NCBI GenBank assembly: GCA_014360335.1
Contig: JACIXS010000010.1
Coordinates: 1-55,769 of the forward strand
Reading direction: 5' to 3'
Length of the DNA stretch: 55,769 nt
Source: a bacterium
GTDB lineage: Bacteria > DUMJ01
Shown here: positions 55,630 to 55,769 of the stretch, piece after piece
How the letters are laid out: every line of letters starts with the position of its first letter
How positions within the stretch are numbered: the stretch's first letter is position 1
Program-made: the position numbers and the translations under genes
Notes under the pieces: generated by a model
Seen by the model: only the letters and a program-made list of their open reading frames with translations
Database searches by the model: none
Told to the model about the DNA's origin: nothing

Positions 55630-55769
55630 ATGCAAAGAAATTTAAGTATTAAGTCTTATAAAAAAACGTATATAACACGAATTGTGGAAAACTATGAATT
55701 ATATTTATTTCTACTACCAGCTATTCTGTATCTTTTGATTTTTAATTATCTCCCTATGGCTGGTATTAT
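55630..55769 (+). CDS. Sugar ABC transporter permease (LplB/YtcP-like), N-terminal 46 aa only, runs off the right edge
   Basis: Own translation: MQRNLSIKSYKKTYITRIVENYELYLFLLPAILYLLIFNYLPMAGI. SD GAAGGGAG upstream. Confidence 0.7.
   Translation, partial: MQRNLSIKSYKKTYITRIVENYELYLFLLPAILYLLIFNYLPMAGI

Noticed and set aside
1-55769. Window-wide search for CRISPR arrays, transposases/IS ends, toxin-antitoxin pairs, restriction-modification or other defence modules.
   Set aside because: None was found. No regularly spaced direct repeats are present, and every ORF of 90 aa or more has a metabolic, housekeeping, transport or plain hypothetical assignment. The accessory character of the window is limited to carbohydrate-utilisation loci.

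Overview
This is an AT-rich, densely coded bacterial chromosomal segment with about 52 CDS (2 truncated at the window edges) and 4 tRNA genes. I found no transposase, integrase, CRISPR array, rRNA or recognisable defence module. K/E/I-rich proteins, strong GGAGG Shine-Dalgarno sites, rubrerythrin, pyruvate-phosphate dikinase and a D-lyxose isomerase suggest a thermophilic anaerobe, possibly Dictyoglomus-like. That cannot be verified without a database search.

Layout, left to right:
- 1-8.1 kb, minus strand: a Firmicutes-like housekeeping string (tdk, DUF1385, prfA, prmC, tsaC, rpiB, glyA, then a secreted phosphodiester-glycosidase-like protein).
- 8.3-11 kb: nucleoside salvage (punA, pdp) and a short class II nucleotidyltransferase.
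- 11-16 kb: a DegT-type aminotransferase with two small unknown proteins, then oxidative-stress genes (rubrerythrin, a rubredoxin-like partner, a CMD-cupin fusion, an Ogg-type glycosylase).
- 16.9-21.4 kb: two tRNA pairs flanking ppdK.
- 24.8-32.4 kb: infC-rpmI-rplT running directly into a WecA/MraY-family transferase, a DUF401-like membrane protein, a GH38 alpha-mannosidase and mannose-6-P isomerase.
- 32.4-37.4 kb: a convergent operon (secreted unknown, GH4, BadF-type kinase, nucleotidyltransferase/LbH).
- 37.4-45.5 kb: miscellaneous genes, including an orphan PilX-like protein, a Ca-type P-ATPase and ddl.
- 45.5-55.8 kb: a LacI/ABC/FGGY sugar locus.

Most interesting observations:
1. A corrinoid protein plus two UroD/MtaA-family paralogs sit inside the sugar-catabolic locus. 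This is a candidate corrinoid-dependent sugar demethylation module.
2. A roughly 175-bp GC-rich, repeat-containing, apparently structured intergenic element lies at 13.1-13.3 kb and I could not assign it.
3. DnaA-box-like sites and AT-rich direct repeats cluster between the divergent tdk and punA-pdp deoxynucleoside salvage units.
4. infC uses a non-canonical ATA start, and several promoters sit so close to start codons that the mRNAs would be leaderless or nearly so.

All product calls come from motif recognition by eye. No searches were run.
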